From contig OZ024740.1 in the NCBI GenBank assembly GCA_964016885.1, forward strand, positions 272,924,001-272,988,000: 64,000 nt of DNA. The letters are read 5' to 3'. This document shows positions 1-13,805 of the stretch, one piece after another (within the stretch, counting starts at the first letter, position 1; each line of letters begins with the position of its first letter). The position numbers and the translations under genes were made by a program. The notes under the pieces are model-generated. The model had not been told where the DNA came from, did no database searches, and saw only the letters and a program-made list of their open reading frames with translations. This DNA comes from Eledone cirrhosa (lineage: Eukaryota).

Positions 1-242
1 TTGTGCTATTGGTAATCTACATACTTATTTCCGTAGTGATATTGTTATAGGGTGGATACTAGTGGATCATATGATTCCCTCAAATCACGTTCTACCGTCT
101 TAAAATTGAACGGACACTTTGGAGTCTCTAATCTGAATGATTGCCACCGGGCGCATATGATCAACGGTTAGCTGGATGCTGGCTAACTAGGATAGTAACC
201 AAGAAAAACAACAACAGCCCTATCCTATTTTATGCATAATGT

Positions 243-1018
243 GCGAAGTTTGTTCCAAAAGTAAGCGTATTTATATCTTATTCAAATGCATATTAGACGT
301 ACGTGAAATTACAAGTTATCTCCTTCAAAATACAACCCTTGAAAAGTCCCACAGCGATTTCAACTTTTTATGTGTGTATCGGTTACAATTCTTTATATTT
401 TTGTCAGGCTCCAAATGATACCCCTTCAACTTTGATTTCAATTTAGGGGAGAGTGAGAAATCGTACGAAGCTAGATCTGTCTGTCGGGAGGATGTGGAAG
501 CATGGGAATGTTTGTCTTCGCCAGGAATTCTCTAATTGAAAGTGCTGTATTAGCAGGATCATTATCAAGGTACAGTGCCCAATCCCTTGCAAGGCCTTAT
601 CAGATTCGTTGGACCATCTTTTGAAGTCATTCCAAAACATCTGTGTAGAATGTGCGATTAACGTTTTGTCCTGAGTGTAAACATTTTTGGTGAACAAACG
701 ATAAACAGCGTTTTCCTTCTGGATCAGCTCATGCGGGCTTTCTTTGGACGCGGAGTATTTTTCGTGTACCACTTCTACATTTGCCATTTTGTTTCTGGAT
801 CGTACTCAACGACACATGATTCATCTACTGTTTTTAATTTCTCCAAGAAATTTGGTTCAATGAATATGAATTAGAGCGTAGGATTTACTAATAAATCTTT
901 GAATAGATTGGACAGAATAAATATAATAAAAGCAACGCACGTGCATCTAAACTATAATAAAGTAAGAAGATAATTTTTTATCCCATTAGTAAAATAGGTT
1001 GGATTATTTTGAATAAAT
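243..1018 (-). mobile_element. Degenerate, internally deleted mariner/Tc1-like DNA transposon
   Basis: Minus-strand ORF 443-787 (..VY..FWNDFKRWSNESDK..G..T..WRRQT..) resembles a mariner transposase N-terminal HTH region. The reverse complement of 318-342 reads QGLYFEGD, like the mariner C-terminal GxYFE motif. Imperfect terminal inverted repeats at about 243-265 and 1000-1018. Confidence 0.5.
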
Positions 1019-1879
1019 AAAGAATGAATATTACATAATTTATCTACTAAATTTCGTGGCTGTTCATTAAATATATTTCATTATTTATTTAAAGATTCAC
1101 TTCCTTAAAATTTTCAAATGTCAACACTTCCGGTGGCGATCGCTTAAATAAACATTAATTTTCTGTCATTAATTTTCTTCTAATACAGCTTATATATAAT
1201 ATCGTCTTTTTTAATGTATCAGGGATTACGTTACTGATTACATAAGACAGTGTAACACAGTCTTCGTTCAATTCATGTGTATATTGTCAATTACGATTTT
1301 ATTTGATGTATCATATCTACATGTATATATATACTTGCGTATAATATCAATAGACACACTACACATGCAGCAGAAAAACGACCCGATGGGTGGTTTTTCT
1401 GATAGTAAGTATAATAAAAGTATAATAACATTTCTCCAGACTATTCACTGGTTTGCAACTGGATTTTGTTGAGAAAGTGGTAGGTAGAATATCAAACCTG
1501 GTTTTCGGAAATATGTTTAAGAATGTTTCCTTTAGGAACGTCAGGGGTTTCTTGAGAAACAAGGGGTATACTATCAGGACAAGAGATAAACTCGAACTGC
1601 TATGAAGTAAATAATTGTTACGTTGCTTTTGCAGTATAGTGCTTTCAGGCAGGACAGAAGCATACTAATGGGTGCGCAACTGTATTAACATTACGTACAT
1701 ACATACATAGACACGCATGTATGTGCACAAACTCTCACTCTCTCTCTCTCACACACATACACACACACACACGCACACACACACACACACTCACACACAC
1801 TCCCACACACGCACACACACACACACATACACACACTCACGCACACACACACACACACATATATATATGTGAGTGTGTG

Positions 1880-2067
1880 TATCCCGGGTTCAATACGGAG
1901 TAACCACAATAAGTAAGGTACTCAATACATAGCAGAGTATAAATATTTAATATAGAAGTGGCTTCTACAAGACTTGAACTGTTTCATTCGAAGGAAATCA
2001 TCACGAAAGCCCTTTCTGAGGATTTCCTTCAAATGAAACAGTTCTACTCCCGTAGAAGCCATTTCTA

Positions 2068-2070
<3 letters not shown>
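1880..2070. mobile_element. Short fold-back non-autonomous element, family A (HHR-like core on both arms)
   Basis: Inverted arms 1950-2001 / 2017-2070. Core CTGAGGA-tttccttcaaat-GAAA-cagttc at 2016-2044. Homologous to 24545-24737 and 55714-55856. Flanked by microsatellites. Confidence 0.7.
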
Positions 2071-2130
<60 letters not shown>

Positions 2131-2136
<6 letters not shown>

Positions 2137-2663
2137 TAAATCCACCAATTAATGGTAGGGTCTAAGCCGTATGAAGAACTCAATGTAATGCGTATGTAGA
2201 AGATGTCGTGAAGCAGAGTTTAAAATACAAAATGTTCAACGTTATAATTCATTGGATACAGAGTCAAAAATACAAATAGTGAAAACAATGAAGTTAAACA
2301 GAAAACAGTTAATTCATAGTAAAACTCATTATTTTACGATCGTTTTTTTGGGGGGTAGTTCCTCGTATGTCCATTCTAATATTGATCTATGTAAAATATA
2401 TTACAAAATATCATAGTAAGAAAATATACATACGTCTTCTCTACCGGCCGTCTTCAGAAATAATCTTTCTGAATATTTATTTCTGAAAACGGCGGGTAGT
2501 GAAGACGTATGTATATTTTCTTACTATGATATTTTGTAATATATTTTACATAGATCAATAATAGAATGGACATACGGGTAACTACCTCCTCCCCCAAGAA
2601 ACGATCGTAAAATAATGAGTTTTTCTATGAATTAACCGTTTTTTTGTTTAATTTCATTGTTTT

Positions 2664-2668
<5 letters not shown>
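2131..2668. mobile_element. Fold-back non-coding element with long-stem-II hammerhead
   Basis: Inverted arms about 2280-2463 / 2477-2668 between two (TA)n tracts. The left arm extends to 2131. Confidence 0.75.
2477..2615 (+). ncRNA. Type I hammerhead ribozyme motif with about 108-nt stem II insertion (one core mutation)
   Basis: ttattt-CTGAAAA-(108 nt; ggtag/ctacc and cgtatgt/acatacg pairings)-GAAA-cgatcg-TA-aaataa. The opposite arm retains the canonical CTGAAGA. Confidence 0.6.
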
Positions 2669-2728
<60 letters not shown>

Positions 2729-2781
2729 AGTATGTATGTATACGTACATACACATATGTATACAGACGTATAGTAGCATGC

Positions 2782-2812
<31 letters not shown>

Positions 2813-2963
2813 CATGTACACATACATATATGCACGTATCAGTTTAGCGGACGCTTATTATAGCGCCCGGTTTGTTCGTTTATAAACAAACTGAACAGCC
2901 TGAATTTATGCCGTACGGTGTTAAGGCAACCACGTCACCTTTTTGTTCAACACTGACACAGGA

Positions 2964-3006
2964 ACGATGTACTAGTTTCAAGCTTGTTAGCTATCATCAG
3001 CACCGT
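2964..3006 (-). ncRNA. Minimal type I hammerhead ribozyme
   Basis: Reverse complement acggtg-CTGATGA-tagct-aaca-agctt-GAAA-ctag-TA-catcgt. Stem I acggtg/catcgt, stem II agct/agct, palindromic CTAG stem III, GUA cleavage triplet. Confidence 0.88.
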
Positions 3007-3238
3007 ATACCCTTCTGCCAGATGGTTGAACGTTCGAAAGTATATACTTTCCTTATGAAAATTAACGGCTGAGCAGCCTAATTTGCATATCGAGTGAGTT
3101 CGGCCAGGCGTACCGAGAACGATAAGTTGTAATAAAATGAAAACGAAATTTCATTTCTCACTCTTAGTACGGCACTTACTTAAATGTAAGTATGTATGTA
3201 TACGTACATACACATATGTATACAGACGTATAGTAGCA

Positions 3239-3296
<58 letters not shown>

Positions 3297-3447
3297 CAGG
3301 TACACATACATATATGCACGTATCAGTTTAGCGGACGCTTATTATAGCGCCCGCTTTGTTCGTTTGTAAACAAACTTAACAGCCTGAATTTATGCCGTAC
3401 GGTGTTAAGGCAACCACGTCACCTTTTTGTTCAACACTGACACAGGA

Positions 3448-3490
3448 ACGATGTACTAGTTTCAAGCTTGTTAGCTATCATCAGCACCGT
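3448..3490 (-). ncRNA. Minimal type I hammerhead ribozyme (second copy)
   Basis: Identical to 2964-3006. Confidence 0.88.
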
Positions 3491-3941
3491 ATACCCTTCT
3501 GCCAGATGGTTGAACGTTCGAAAGTATATACTTTCCTTATGAAAATTAACGGCTGAGCAGCCTAATTTGCATATCGAGTGAGTACCGAGAACGATAAGTT
3601 GTAATAAAATGAAAACGAAATTTCATTTCTCACTCTTAGTACGGCACTTACTTCCTGTGTCAGTGTTGAACAAAAAGGTGACGTGGTTGCCTTAACACCG
3701 TACGGCATAAATTCAGGCTGTTCAGTTTGTTTACAAACGAACAAAGCGGGCGCTATAATAAGCGTCCGCTAAACTGATACGTGCATATATGTATGTGTAC
3801 CTGTATGTATATATATATATATATATGCATGCTACTATACGTCTGTATACATATGTGTATGTACGTATACATACATACTTACATTTAAGTAAGTGCCGTA
3901 CTAAGAGTGAGAAATGAAATTTCGTTTTCATTTTATTACAA

Positions 3942-4014
<73 letters not shown>

Positions 4015-4321
4015 CACATACAGCAAGTTCAAACCACTGACTAAATCCTGGGTGATGTGATATATTATAATTAGCAGTTCTCTCACAAATTTCATCATAC
4101 CATCATACATAAGTGATGAATTAGATTATGCGATCATACATACGTTATTGTTGAAAAACCAAAGCGGGCCGGCCATGGTTGTAATGAATTTTGATAACAG
4201 ACTTTTTTAAAGCAGAGTGACTTGTGTCTTAACAAGAAAAGCAACAAGTTTACGCTAAAACACCTATTGTATTATTAACCCATAACAATAACAACATTTG
4301 CCTCATTAACGTCAGCTATAT

Positions 4322-4751
4322 CTAATCTAATCTGGCCGAGTTTACACTCGCAAATTAGAAGAACCAGGGCTGCCCCTGGGAGCATTGGATTTGGTGTACT
4401 TCATATTTGTTTAGGTTGCTGAATACAATCTGGGATCCTTGCTTCTCCTGAAGGTCAATAGTTCTCTTCTAACTCGAGCAGGAGCGCCTTTCCATTGTCA
4501 ATTTGCATTGATCACCTGCAAAGCCGCATTGTTCTCAGGGCCACTACACCAGTCGTTCGATGCGTGCAGCTGAAACTACTGTCACCCATTGATTTGGCAG
4601 GATCGCAACTCATTTCTACAGCTGAGTAAACTGGATCAACGTGAAATAAGGTGTCTTGCTCAAGGAAACAACACATCACCCGGTCCGAAAATTGAACTCA
4701 CAACCTTTCGTTTGCAAGCCCAATGCTCTAACCACTAAGCCATGCGCCTTC
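4322..4751 (-). mobile_element. tRNA-derived SINE (family 2)
   Basis: Reverse complement begins gaaggcgcatggcttagtggttagagc (A box) ... gagttcaattttc (B box) ... tccttgagcaagacaccttatttcacg core. Close homolog at 52494-52900. Confidence 0.85.
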
Positions 4752-6704
4752 AACTATAAGAACAACAGTAGCAATAGCCAATAACAATAACAACACAGAT
4801 TTTGAGCCAAATACGCTGTTAAAGCATTACCCCTAAACATAACAACAATAATTCCTTTCAGCTACCAAAACAGTAACAAATTTAGTAGTAATAACAACAA
4901 TGGTGTAGCCAGAAAGACTGTTGTAACATTATTCATAATAGCGAGAATCTACTTCACTTCGATAACAATAATAACCACAACTAACAAGTATAACAATAAC
5001 AACATCATCATATTCAAGCAGGAAAACCAATTATATGAAAGCAAAAGTAGGAAAGTAAAAGCTAAAACAAAAACACTAAAATTAAAACAGAAATAAACCA
5101 AACAAGCTATGGAAATGAAACAATTGGCTTAATATATAAACGTTAATCAATCATCGAAAATGTAGATGAGTGTGGAAGAATAGACCATACAGGCATCATG
5201 ACTGTACAGTGTGACCAATCAGTGAAATCACCATTACGATAATGAACAGATAGATGAGATAATATTGCTTAAGAGAACTATTGTCATCAATCATCCAAGA
5301 GAAAGCATATCAATATAGGTATCAGTTTATTAGAATAATGGAGAGCATTCACCATTGATAACATTTACAAAGGTATAAATTTGGAAAATATAGTCTTCTA
5401 CAGATAAGAAAATTTACAGCTTTGTCGGGATTTAGAAACACTTACTAGACAAAATTGCTTTGAGAGAGGCCAAGTATTTGCTCTACCACCACCACCTTAA
5501 ACACCGCGAGACACAATGGACAATATACTATTTCCTCAAACCCTATAATTTCACTGAACGATCATGTGCTATGTGCTATGTGCTTTTTATAAACTTTCGT
5601 TGTGAGACTTGAAAAGTGTCTCCTTGTTGTTTATCTTACGGGTATTTGTGTCTTAAAAGACTCAATAAAAGACTAAATACACATTATTTAACCAAACCTC
5701 TCTGTGTACTCACCATGTAAAGAGTTAGAAGAACCACCATAAAGTATCTTGTTTAATGCTCAAAGAATTCTACTATCAAAGACTTTCGGTTCACTATACC
5801 AATTTTCATTCTTTCCTAACCTTCCACAAACAAGCATCATCTAGATGCAACCGCAAAGACAATACAAACCTGCGCAGACCACATGTACAGAGATCTCGAA
5901 TGTAATATTTCATGGGTTCATACCAACTTTGTTTCTTCCAACCCCTAAAATAACAAAGAAAAAAGAAATGAGCACTGAACATATGAAAACAAATTCATCG
6001 CAGACGAGGCCCGGCAAGCGTGGTGGGTATGTCAATAGAACCGATGTAATGTCACCAAATTCTAGGCCTTACAGGCATTGAAGATCTCCCAGAGCAAATG
6101 CATATTCATAGAATAACTAGGACATATCTCAATGACTAGACCGGTTTCTGCAAATCCAGAGATTACTTCCCCCACCCCAAATTACTGACCCCTTATATAT
6201 CTAAGGTGAGGCACAATTAAATGTGTAGCACATTGACAACCAAGGTCACTTTCAGACATACGCTACTAAATATATAAAATGCAATTTTTTACCGAAAGTC
6301 TTACTGCCCTACCTCAGAGTAAACACATACTCTATAAAGCTGGGCCCTTACTGATTTAAGTGAGATTTGACTGATATTTCTAGACGTTAGAACAACTATG
6401 TAGAGGTTGGTTATTGGATCGACGTCCATTTTGTCCTGGTATTGGTAGTTGATTGAATGGTACGGAACATTGATAAGATCCAGGTGGAAAAATTAGTAAG
6501 ATGGATTTGAGTCCCAGCCAATTCGTTTCATCCTACGTATCAGCTATACCTGAAATTGCTTTACTTGTGTAAGATGGATGCACACGATCAAGTTGACTTG
6601 ATTTTGAAACATATATAACATGGAGGTAAAGCATCTGGCGATGCCCCGGAAGCATAGTTAATATTACAGGACAGAGTGTGTTTTTGTATATAACTATATA
6701 TATA

Positions 6705-6812
6705 TATGTAAGTATGTGTGTATACGTACATACAGACGTACAGTAGCATGCATATATATATATATATATATATACTGCTAAACTGATATGTGCATATATG
6801 TATGTGTACCTG

Positions 6813-6854
<42 letters not shown>

Positions 6855-6960
6855 TGCTACTGTACGTCTGTATACATATATGTATGTACGTATACACACA
6901 TACTTACATTTAAGTAAGTGCCGTACTAAGAGTGAGAAATGAAATTTCGTTTTCATTTTT
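6705..6960. mobile_element. Rearranged partial copy of retrozyme-like family B (no HHR retained)
   Basis: Near-identical to 3765-3935 plus an inverted copy of 2726-2783. Confidence 0.8.
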
Positions 6961-7136
6961 TTCAACTCATATATATATATATACAATGATATTTAATAAA
7001 TGGAAACTATATTTATCAAACGATATTTATAGAATAAATATGGTTTTATAAATACTCCAGAAATCTGTCGAGTGCTCTGAATCAGTTATAAACATTTATA
7101 TTTGTTGAATTACCAACACATTAAATATCCCTTTTG

Positions 7137-7197
<61 letters not shown>

Positions 7198-7574
7198 CAT
7201 TGCATCTATTATTTTTTTTCTATTTGATGCTTCAATTTTGAAGTATTTTCCAATTTAATTCAATGGCGTTTCGTTCCTAGTAGAGAGTTAGGCACAGGAT
7301 ACCGCAGTATTCATAAAATCATATATAACTAATAGATAAACAAAAAAATGACAAGCTTTCATATCAGCTATTCAATTGGTATAATAAATTAGTTTTTCAC
7401 AGTATTACACCAGCTTTTCAAATGATGATTTATTTATTATTAACGTCTAAAGTTCAAACTGTTCATACTTTATGGAATTTCTGATAGTTCAGTAATCATC
7501 ATTATACACATACTTATCATTAACACCGACAACAAAAACCGCAGCGTAATAATAATGTCTGTATTTTTCCAAGC

Positions 7575-7623
<49 letters not shown>

Positions 7624-7767
7624 GGGGGGGGGTGTATGGTAGACGGAGAGAGAAGAGAGTACTCAATACGGCAGTAAAGTTATAATATTTTATTATTCAT
7701 TTATATTAAATCTAGAAAGTGAGTCATGTTACGCTGGAATTCCACCTGTTTATCTTAGGCATTATTA

Positions 7768-7950
7768 AGGCAGTATCGTTAGAGGGTTGGACGCCATGCT
7801 TTCTAGCATAGTTACGTCCCTTTACAGTCTGAGTTCTCATCCCGCCGAAGTTAACTTTGCCTTTCATCTTTACGGGGTCGATAAAATAAAGTAACCGGTA
7901 ATGTACTGAGTTATTGCTGGCCTTGTGCCTAAAGTAGAAACAATTATTAT
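7768..7950 (+). mobile_element. SINE family 1 (pol III A/B boxes, Nin-like core)
   Basis: ggcagtatcgttagag ... gagttc ... ccgaagttaactttgcctttcatc ... ggggtcgataaaataaagta ... gccttgtgcctaaagtagaaacaattatt. More than 12 copies in the window. Confidence 0.85.
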
Positions 7951-8039
7951 ATCGAGAGAGAAAGAAAGCGAGCAAGAGAGAGAGAGAGAGAGCGATAAAT
8001 AGAGTTAGAAACTATTAGATGAAACTAAGGTAGATGTTA

Positions 8040-9150
8040 ACACATTCAGCCATAAAGTGGTATCCAACTTTTCCTGGTGGATATTTCGCAACTCCAGCTC
8101 ATCTCAAACGTAACTCAACGTCTTCAATTTGATGACAATCGATAGTGATGGACAGTTCTTTCTGAACTACGTATGGCTTCCACCGCATCTCGTACCTGTT
8201 CCACATCAAGCAAAAGGCATGCAGTTTCTTTGCTTGTGACCTTTTCAGAGTCTGCTCCGTATTCCTGGGGTGTAGACAGCAGTGTGTTTATATGTGTGTG
8301 AGGGTTGAGGATTATAGACTATCCATGTTAATTAACTGCATAAGACCTCTTTACTTATGTTATTCCAATGTTTTCTTAGTGTGTTATTTGAGAGTTTTTT
8401 TGTTGTGTATGGTTTGTATAATGTCGTGTTACTTTACCGGGTATTAATTTTGAAGAATACATTTTTGTCAGTTGATTTGCTTTTTATTAATTGCTTATTG
8501 AAGATGCGTCGTGTGTGAAGTATTTTCTAGTTGAGTTGTACTATTGAATTGATAATGATTTGCGTAGGATCTAGCCTGTTGCTAGCAGAGCTGTTTTTGG
8601 ATAGTGTGTAGTGTTGTGAACGTGGATATCGCTAGTTGCCTGATGTATTTAGCTTGCACCGAGTTAGTGTTTCCCAGTTGTTCACTTACTCACAGTCTTA
8701 TATTGTATTGTATTCACAGACATATTTCCTACATTCTTTTGTGGTTTAGTGCAAGTTTTGCTGGTTTGGTTCTGTGATGTCTAGGTATCTAAACAACCCA
8801 ACATTTGCAGTTTTCTAGCCGCGTCTTCCTTTTTCCTAACCATACCTCTCGGCAGTTTCAGACAATCAACATCCACCTTGGAGATAGTGAATTTTAATGC
8901 ATATCAGTGTCTTTCGGTTTGTCATATCTATCTGTTTAATTTAACTTATGTTCCAGTTGACGATGTCAAATCTGTAGGTTACAACTGAGACAACTGGGGA
9001 GGCTATGGCAATTATTGACCGTTTTGTATTTAGTTGGGTCTTTAAGACGAGTTTTACTTTCAACATGATTCGTTTTGATTTTTATCACTCATCGCCGCAT
9101 GTTGTATACTATGTCTGACAGTATCACCTAAGTACTTGTAAACTCGCTCC
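8040..9150 (-). pseudogene. Decayed non-LTR retrotransposon, R4/Dong-like RT C-terminal region
   Basis: Minus-strand fragments ERVYKYLG ... QLNTKRSIIAIASPVVSVVTYRFDIVNW..IKQIDMTNRKTL...HY..KVDVDCL match the R4/Dong pattern YKYLG..AIN..PV..YSF..NW..D.KTRK..HHPK.D..RL. Stops and frameshifts are present. Confidence 0.6.
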
Positions 9151-10277
9151 TGATATAAATCTTTTATTAGTGTGTCATGATCGGTTGATTAGCTTTCTTC
9201 ACTATCCTCATTGACACCTAGCTTTCACGCACCTATATCTTGTCGTACGTTAACCACTTGACTGTTTTTAAAAACTTTCCACTGATTCGTCATTCCACCG
9301 GTAGGACACCTCTTGACAGGAACAATTTTACGTTACTGATAAAAGCAGTTTACTTTTAAGACCTCACAAACCAATTGTTAAAGCCCATAATCATAAATAT
9401 ATAGTTAACATCGTATTATTAAATTTCTATTGTCAGTATAGGAGTGTTACTGATTCTACGTTACTTTGATAAACTCTGTTCGGTTACATGTCAGATAATG
9501 ATGCATATACTTAGAAAAAAAAACTATTTACCTATCAGCTCATTTATAGTTCTTATATTCAGGCATGCCAAATATACATAGTATTTATAGGTAGTCTTGA
9601 AACACAAATTATCCTGATTAGAATTCTAAAAATCTCCATGTCATTTTTTATGCATATCTTTCTACGATTTAGTTAAAAGTTTAAACATGCGGTCGCCATT
9701 TTCTTAAAAGTAGGAATTTTGTGGATTGAACTGTTTGAGCTGATTAGGATATTATAGGGCGTCTTTCTCAGAGGTTTCCGAATGTTAACGGCCACGAATA
9801 GAAGAGGAGCTTTTAATCAGTTGCTGAATTATATATGGTTCATTGATAATTAATGTGCCCAGGATTTTATCTTTCTTTCTATAAATCGATCTATATTTTG
9901 AAATCTATTTGACGTTACTAAAGATATAACATTGTATACAGATAATTTACAGCCAAGGTTATGTCAACATGCGTTGCCTTCAAATACAATGTATATTATT
10001 TTACTTTGAAATATTTTAAAGAGTACATTTGTATAAATCATTTTTTGTAGCTTCTTTTGTGAAACTCTCGCTTCATAATTGTCTGACCATTAACGGCTAT
10101 GGTCAATTTAAGAGTATCATCTGGACGGTATAATATTTGCGTTTGCTAAATATTCATGTATATATTAATGGTCTATACTCTCAAGGCACATGTAAGTACA
10201 TAAACACACGCACGCGTTCGCATGCAAGCACACACAAATAAACACACACATGTATATACGCACACACACATATATAT

Positions 10278-10318
<41 letters not shown>

Positions 10319-10729
10319 CCATATTGTATAAGAGAGGACGACGGAGTGAAAGACGTAGTTATCATCCTTAATATAGTGTGGTTTGCTAGTTTGAAAAGTG
10401 CCTGGCTAGCTGTAATAAATTTAATCTGACATTTCATGAATGATGCAAATATCTGAATTTGTAGAACTGTAGAAGCCATACTAATACAGGCCATTTAGCA
10501 AAGAAAATAATAAAAGAAGTACATATAAAAATTGTTCGGTAGCAAAGAAAGAAAATAGTAAAAGCAACAATAAAAGAATATCATTAAACCAATCAGCACA
10601 AGTCAGTAACAACATCACCATAATGTAAAATAATAAAAGAAAAACAGTCATAAAGACGACAAAATTATATGATGATGAAAGATAATTTTCTCTTTTCTTG
10701 ATATTGTTTCTCTTATCTTATTCGCTCTC

Positions 10730-10791
<62 letters not shown>

Positions 10792-10826
10792 TATTATATA
10801 TATATTATATATATATATATATATAT

Positions 10827-10897
<71 letters not shown>

Positions 10898-11485
10898 TAT
10901 ATAATATATATATATATTATATATATATTTTATATATATATATATACATTCACACGCACAGACATACGCCAAACCTAGAGACGCACATTTACATATGAGG
11001 TGCCTCCATTCTATGTGCCAGAAATGGTATACCCACGTACTACAGCTAACTAGTTTATTTAGTTATAATATTGTTCAACGAGAAAGCATGAAGTCTTCAC
11101 TTTAACTTGATCTTTCTTTCCTTATCTTTCGGTCTCTCTCTTTCTGTGCTTCGTTCTATCACTATTTCCTACACATGGACAGTTGATTAAATTGGCAAAA
11201 CGCCGGATTTTTTACTTGTCTTTTTCAGTGATTAAATTATTCATTGGGTAAGTTTTGACAACTGTTTTTAGACAAGAAGAGTAATGTAAGAAGCACTTAT
11301 TTGTAAACATAAAAGGAGACTGAATGAGATACATAATACAAATGAATAAATAAAACGTATGCAAAGACAAAAAAAAATACAAAGAAACAAATAAGTAGTT
11401 AGGCATAAATGAGTTTAAGATATTCTTTCTTAAATAAATACAGCTTTAAAAATGTACTTTTTCTTATTATTCTTAGTGAACAATT

Positions 11486-11620
<135 letters not shown>

Positions 11621-11632
11621 ATATATATATAT

Positions 11633-11694
<62 letters not shown>

Positions 11695-11754
11695 GGAAAA
11701 GAGTGAGGAGCCCGACGGCTGAGTTCCGGCCGTTTCGACAGTATATATATATAT

Positions 11755-12161
11755 ATTGTTATATTTTGGGAAGGTCATGTTGCCAATAAAAACACACGCA
11801 CCTGTTGTTTCACTTCAACTCAACACAAATTTCCGGTTGGTTGGTTGGCTTGATAACCGGAAAGTTGTCCATATATTGTCAAAACTCTTTCGCCATACCC
11901 CCTGCTACAGCCTCACACAAAAAAGGGACTTGTTCACTGAGGAGGTCACAGGGTGTGTGACGAAACAGCTTTGACAATATATGGACAACCTTCTGGTCAT
12001 CGGGCCAACCAACTAACCGGAAATTTGTGATGAATTGAAATGAAACCCGGGAGGTGCGTGTGTTTTTATTGGCAACATGCCCCTCCTAAAGTATAGCAAT
12101 ATCTGTTTCAACACATGTTTTCAGATAAAAAATCTCGCACAAAAAATTCAAAAATGAAATG
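11755..12161. mobile_element. Fold-back non-coding HHR element, family C
   Basis: Inverted arms 11755-11895 / 11958-12102, in (TA)n. Homologs at 29067-29856 and 63204-63676. Confidence 0.8.
11931..11976 (+). ncRNA. Minimal type I hammerhead motif (family C)
   Basis: gttca-CTGAGGA-ggtcaca-gggtg-tgtgac-GAAA-cagc-TT-tgac. Stem II gtcaca/tgtgac. Confidence 0.65.
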
Positions 12162-12825
12162 TATATATATTACTAGAATATGTGACAACACTAATTCTCT
12201 TTGTATTTGTAAAAATAAACAAAAAAGAAAACGTTCGATAATTTCTTGACCGAACGAGACAGAACCACACCCTTAAGGGTTGATCATTAAATAGAATAAT
12301 GTCCCTCAACTACTGTGAATCTTACTTTAATTGGAGTTATCGACGGAATACATTTCAATATATATATTACAAAATCTACCGAAGATGGGAACTCCAGTTC
12401 CATCGTGGGAATACACTCATGAATTGCATGTGTATTATGCAACTTGTGGTGTAGCTTACAGGGGCCCATAATAACAAACCGGTGTAAATGTAATGGCTTA
12501 ACGTAAACCTGCCTTATTCGCGTCACCAAGGAAGTAGATTTACAATCAGCAGTAAATAAATAAACACGTGTTTATTATTCTAAATTAAACGTAAATTTTA
12601 AATTGATATCAGGAGCGTTTCCAACTACAGGCAACTATTGATATCGCAAAAAAAAAAAAAAAAAAGTTATAAGTATGTCTATTGCTTTCTTAAAGATATA
12701 TTCTGACGATTTCATTAACTAGAAACTTCATTTAATCATATTCTAAACATAAATCTTTCATAGAAAATCTTCTTTATAGATATCACAAACCTGGTCATCC
12801 TTATACCATTATTAAACCCAAAATA

Positions 12826-12909
12826 AGGACGGTGGATTGGCAGTATCGGTAGAGAGTCAGATACCATGCTTTGTAGCATAGTGCTACGGCCCTTTATGAT
12901 CTGAGTTCA
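12826..12909 (+). mobile_element. SINE family 1, 5' part
   Basis: ggtggattggcagtatcggtagag...ctgagttca, then interrupted by a microsatellite. Confidence 0.75.
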
Positions 12910-13510
12910 TATATATATATATGTGTGTGTGTGTATGTTTATGTGTATATATGTGTGTGTATGTATATGTATACATGTGTGCAGACTTATGTGTGTATAC
13001 GTGTGGGTGGGTGTGTATATATATATGTATGTGTATGTGTGTATGTATGCATATATATGTGCAGATGTGCATATGTGTGTATGTAAGTGTATGTATGTAT
13101 ATATATATATATATATATCTGTGCGTGAATGTGTATGTATATGTACGGATGCCTACGTGCGTGTGTGTGTGCGTGTATCTGTGTGTGTCTGTGTATACGC
13201 GCGTGTGTGTGTGTGTGTGACTCTCTGTGTGAATGTATGCGTATATTTGTGAGACTAGTTATGTGTGTGTGTACACATGGATGTGTGTATGCTTCTGGGC
13301 GTACATGCTACTCTGTATGTATCTGTCAGTATCTCTGTGTGTGTGTGTGTGTGCGCGCGAGTTGGAGTGGGAGCAGGCAAACAGCAGTAATTTTGCCGAC
13401 GGCACTAACCAGTGACCAACCCGAGGCCGCGCAAAGCGGATGAAAGTGGACGATATAGGCTTGTAGCGTCAGAAAGCCCAGAAAGAGGATATGCTCCGAA
13501 ATCATTAAAC

Positions 13511-13598
13511 GTGTCTGAGGAACCTGTGAGTCCAGAGTCAGGTAGATCCACACACGGATCGTACCTCGAGCTGTTCGCAGGGGAAACAATTGTAACGC
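13511..13598 (+). ncRNA. Type I hammerhead ribozyme with extended branched stem II
   Basis: gtgt-CTGAGGA-a-cctgtga...(inner hairpin ggtagatcc/ggatcgtacc)...tcgcagg-g-GAAA-caattg-TA-acgc. All core nucleotides are canonical. Confidence 0.78.
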
Positions 13599-13766
13599 AC
13601 AATAAATTGAGTTCCGATGCATCACTGATTTTTCCTTTCCCATTCTATAATACTATGCTCCGTAAGACCATAGAGTGCTCAATCGGCATACTGCCTATGG
13701 AAGCATCGTAGCTACCATCAGACATATATATATGTCTAATGTTAGCTAAGATGCTTCCATAGGCAG

Positions 13767-13805
<39 letters not shown>

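Larger units (their letters stand above)
2726..3945 (-). mobile_element. Retrozyme-like element family B: two tandem about 460-484 nt units (minus) plus an inverted partial copy (3652-3945)
   Basis: Direct repeat starts at 2726 and 3186. Each unit has one HHR and an internal (TA)n. Flanked by (TA)n. Confidence 0.85.

Noticed and set aside
1126-1142. ACTTCCGG ETS-like promoter motif
   Set aside because: A single short motif with no associated gene.
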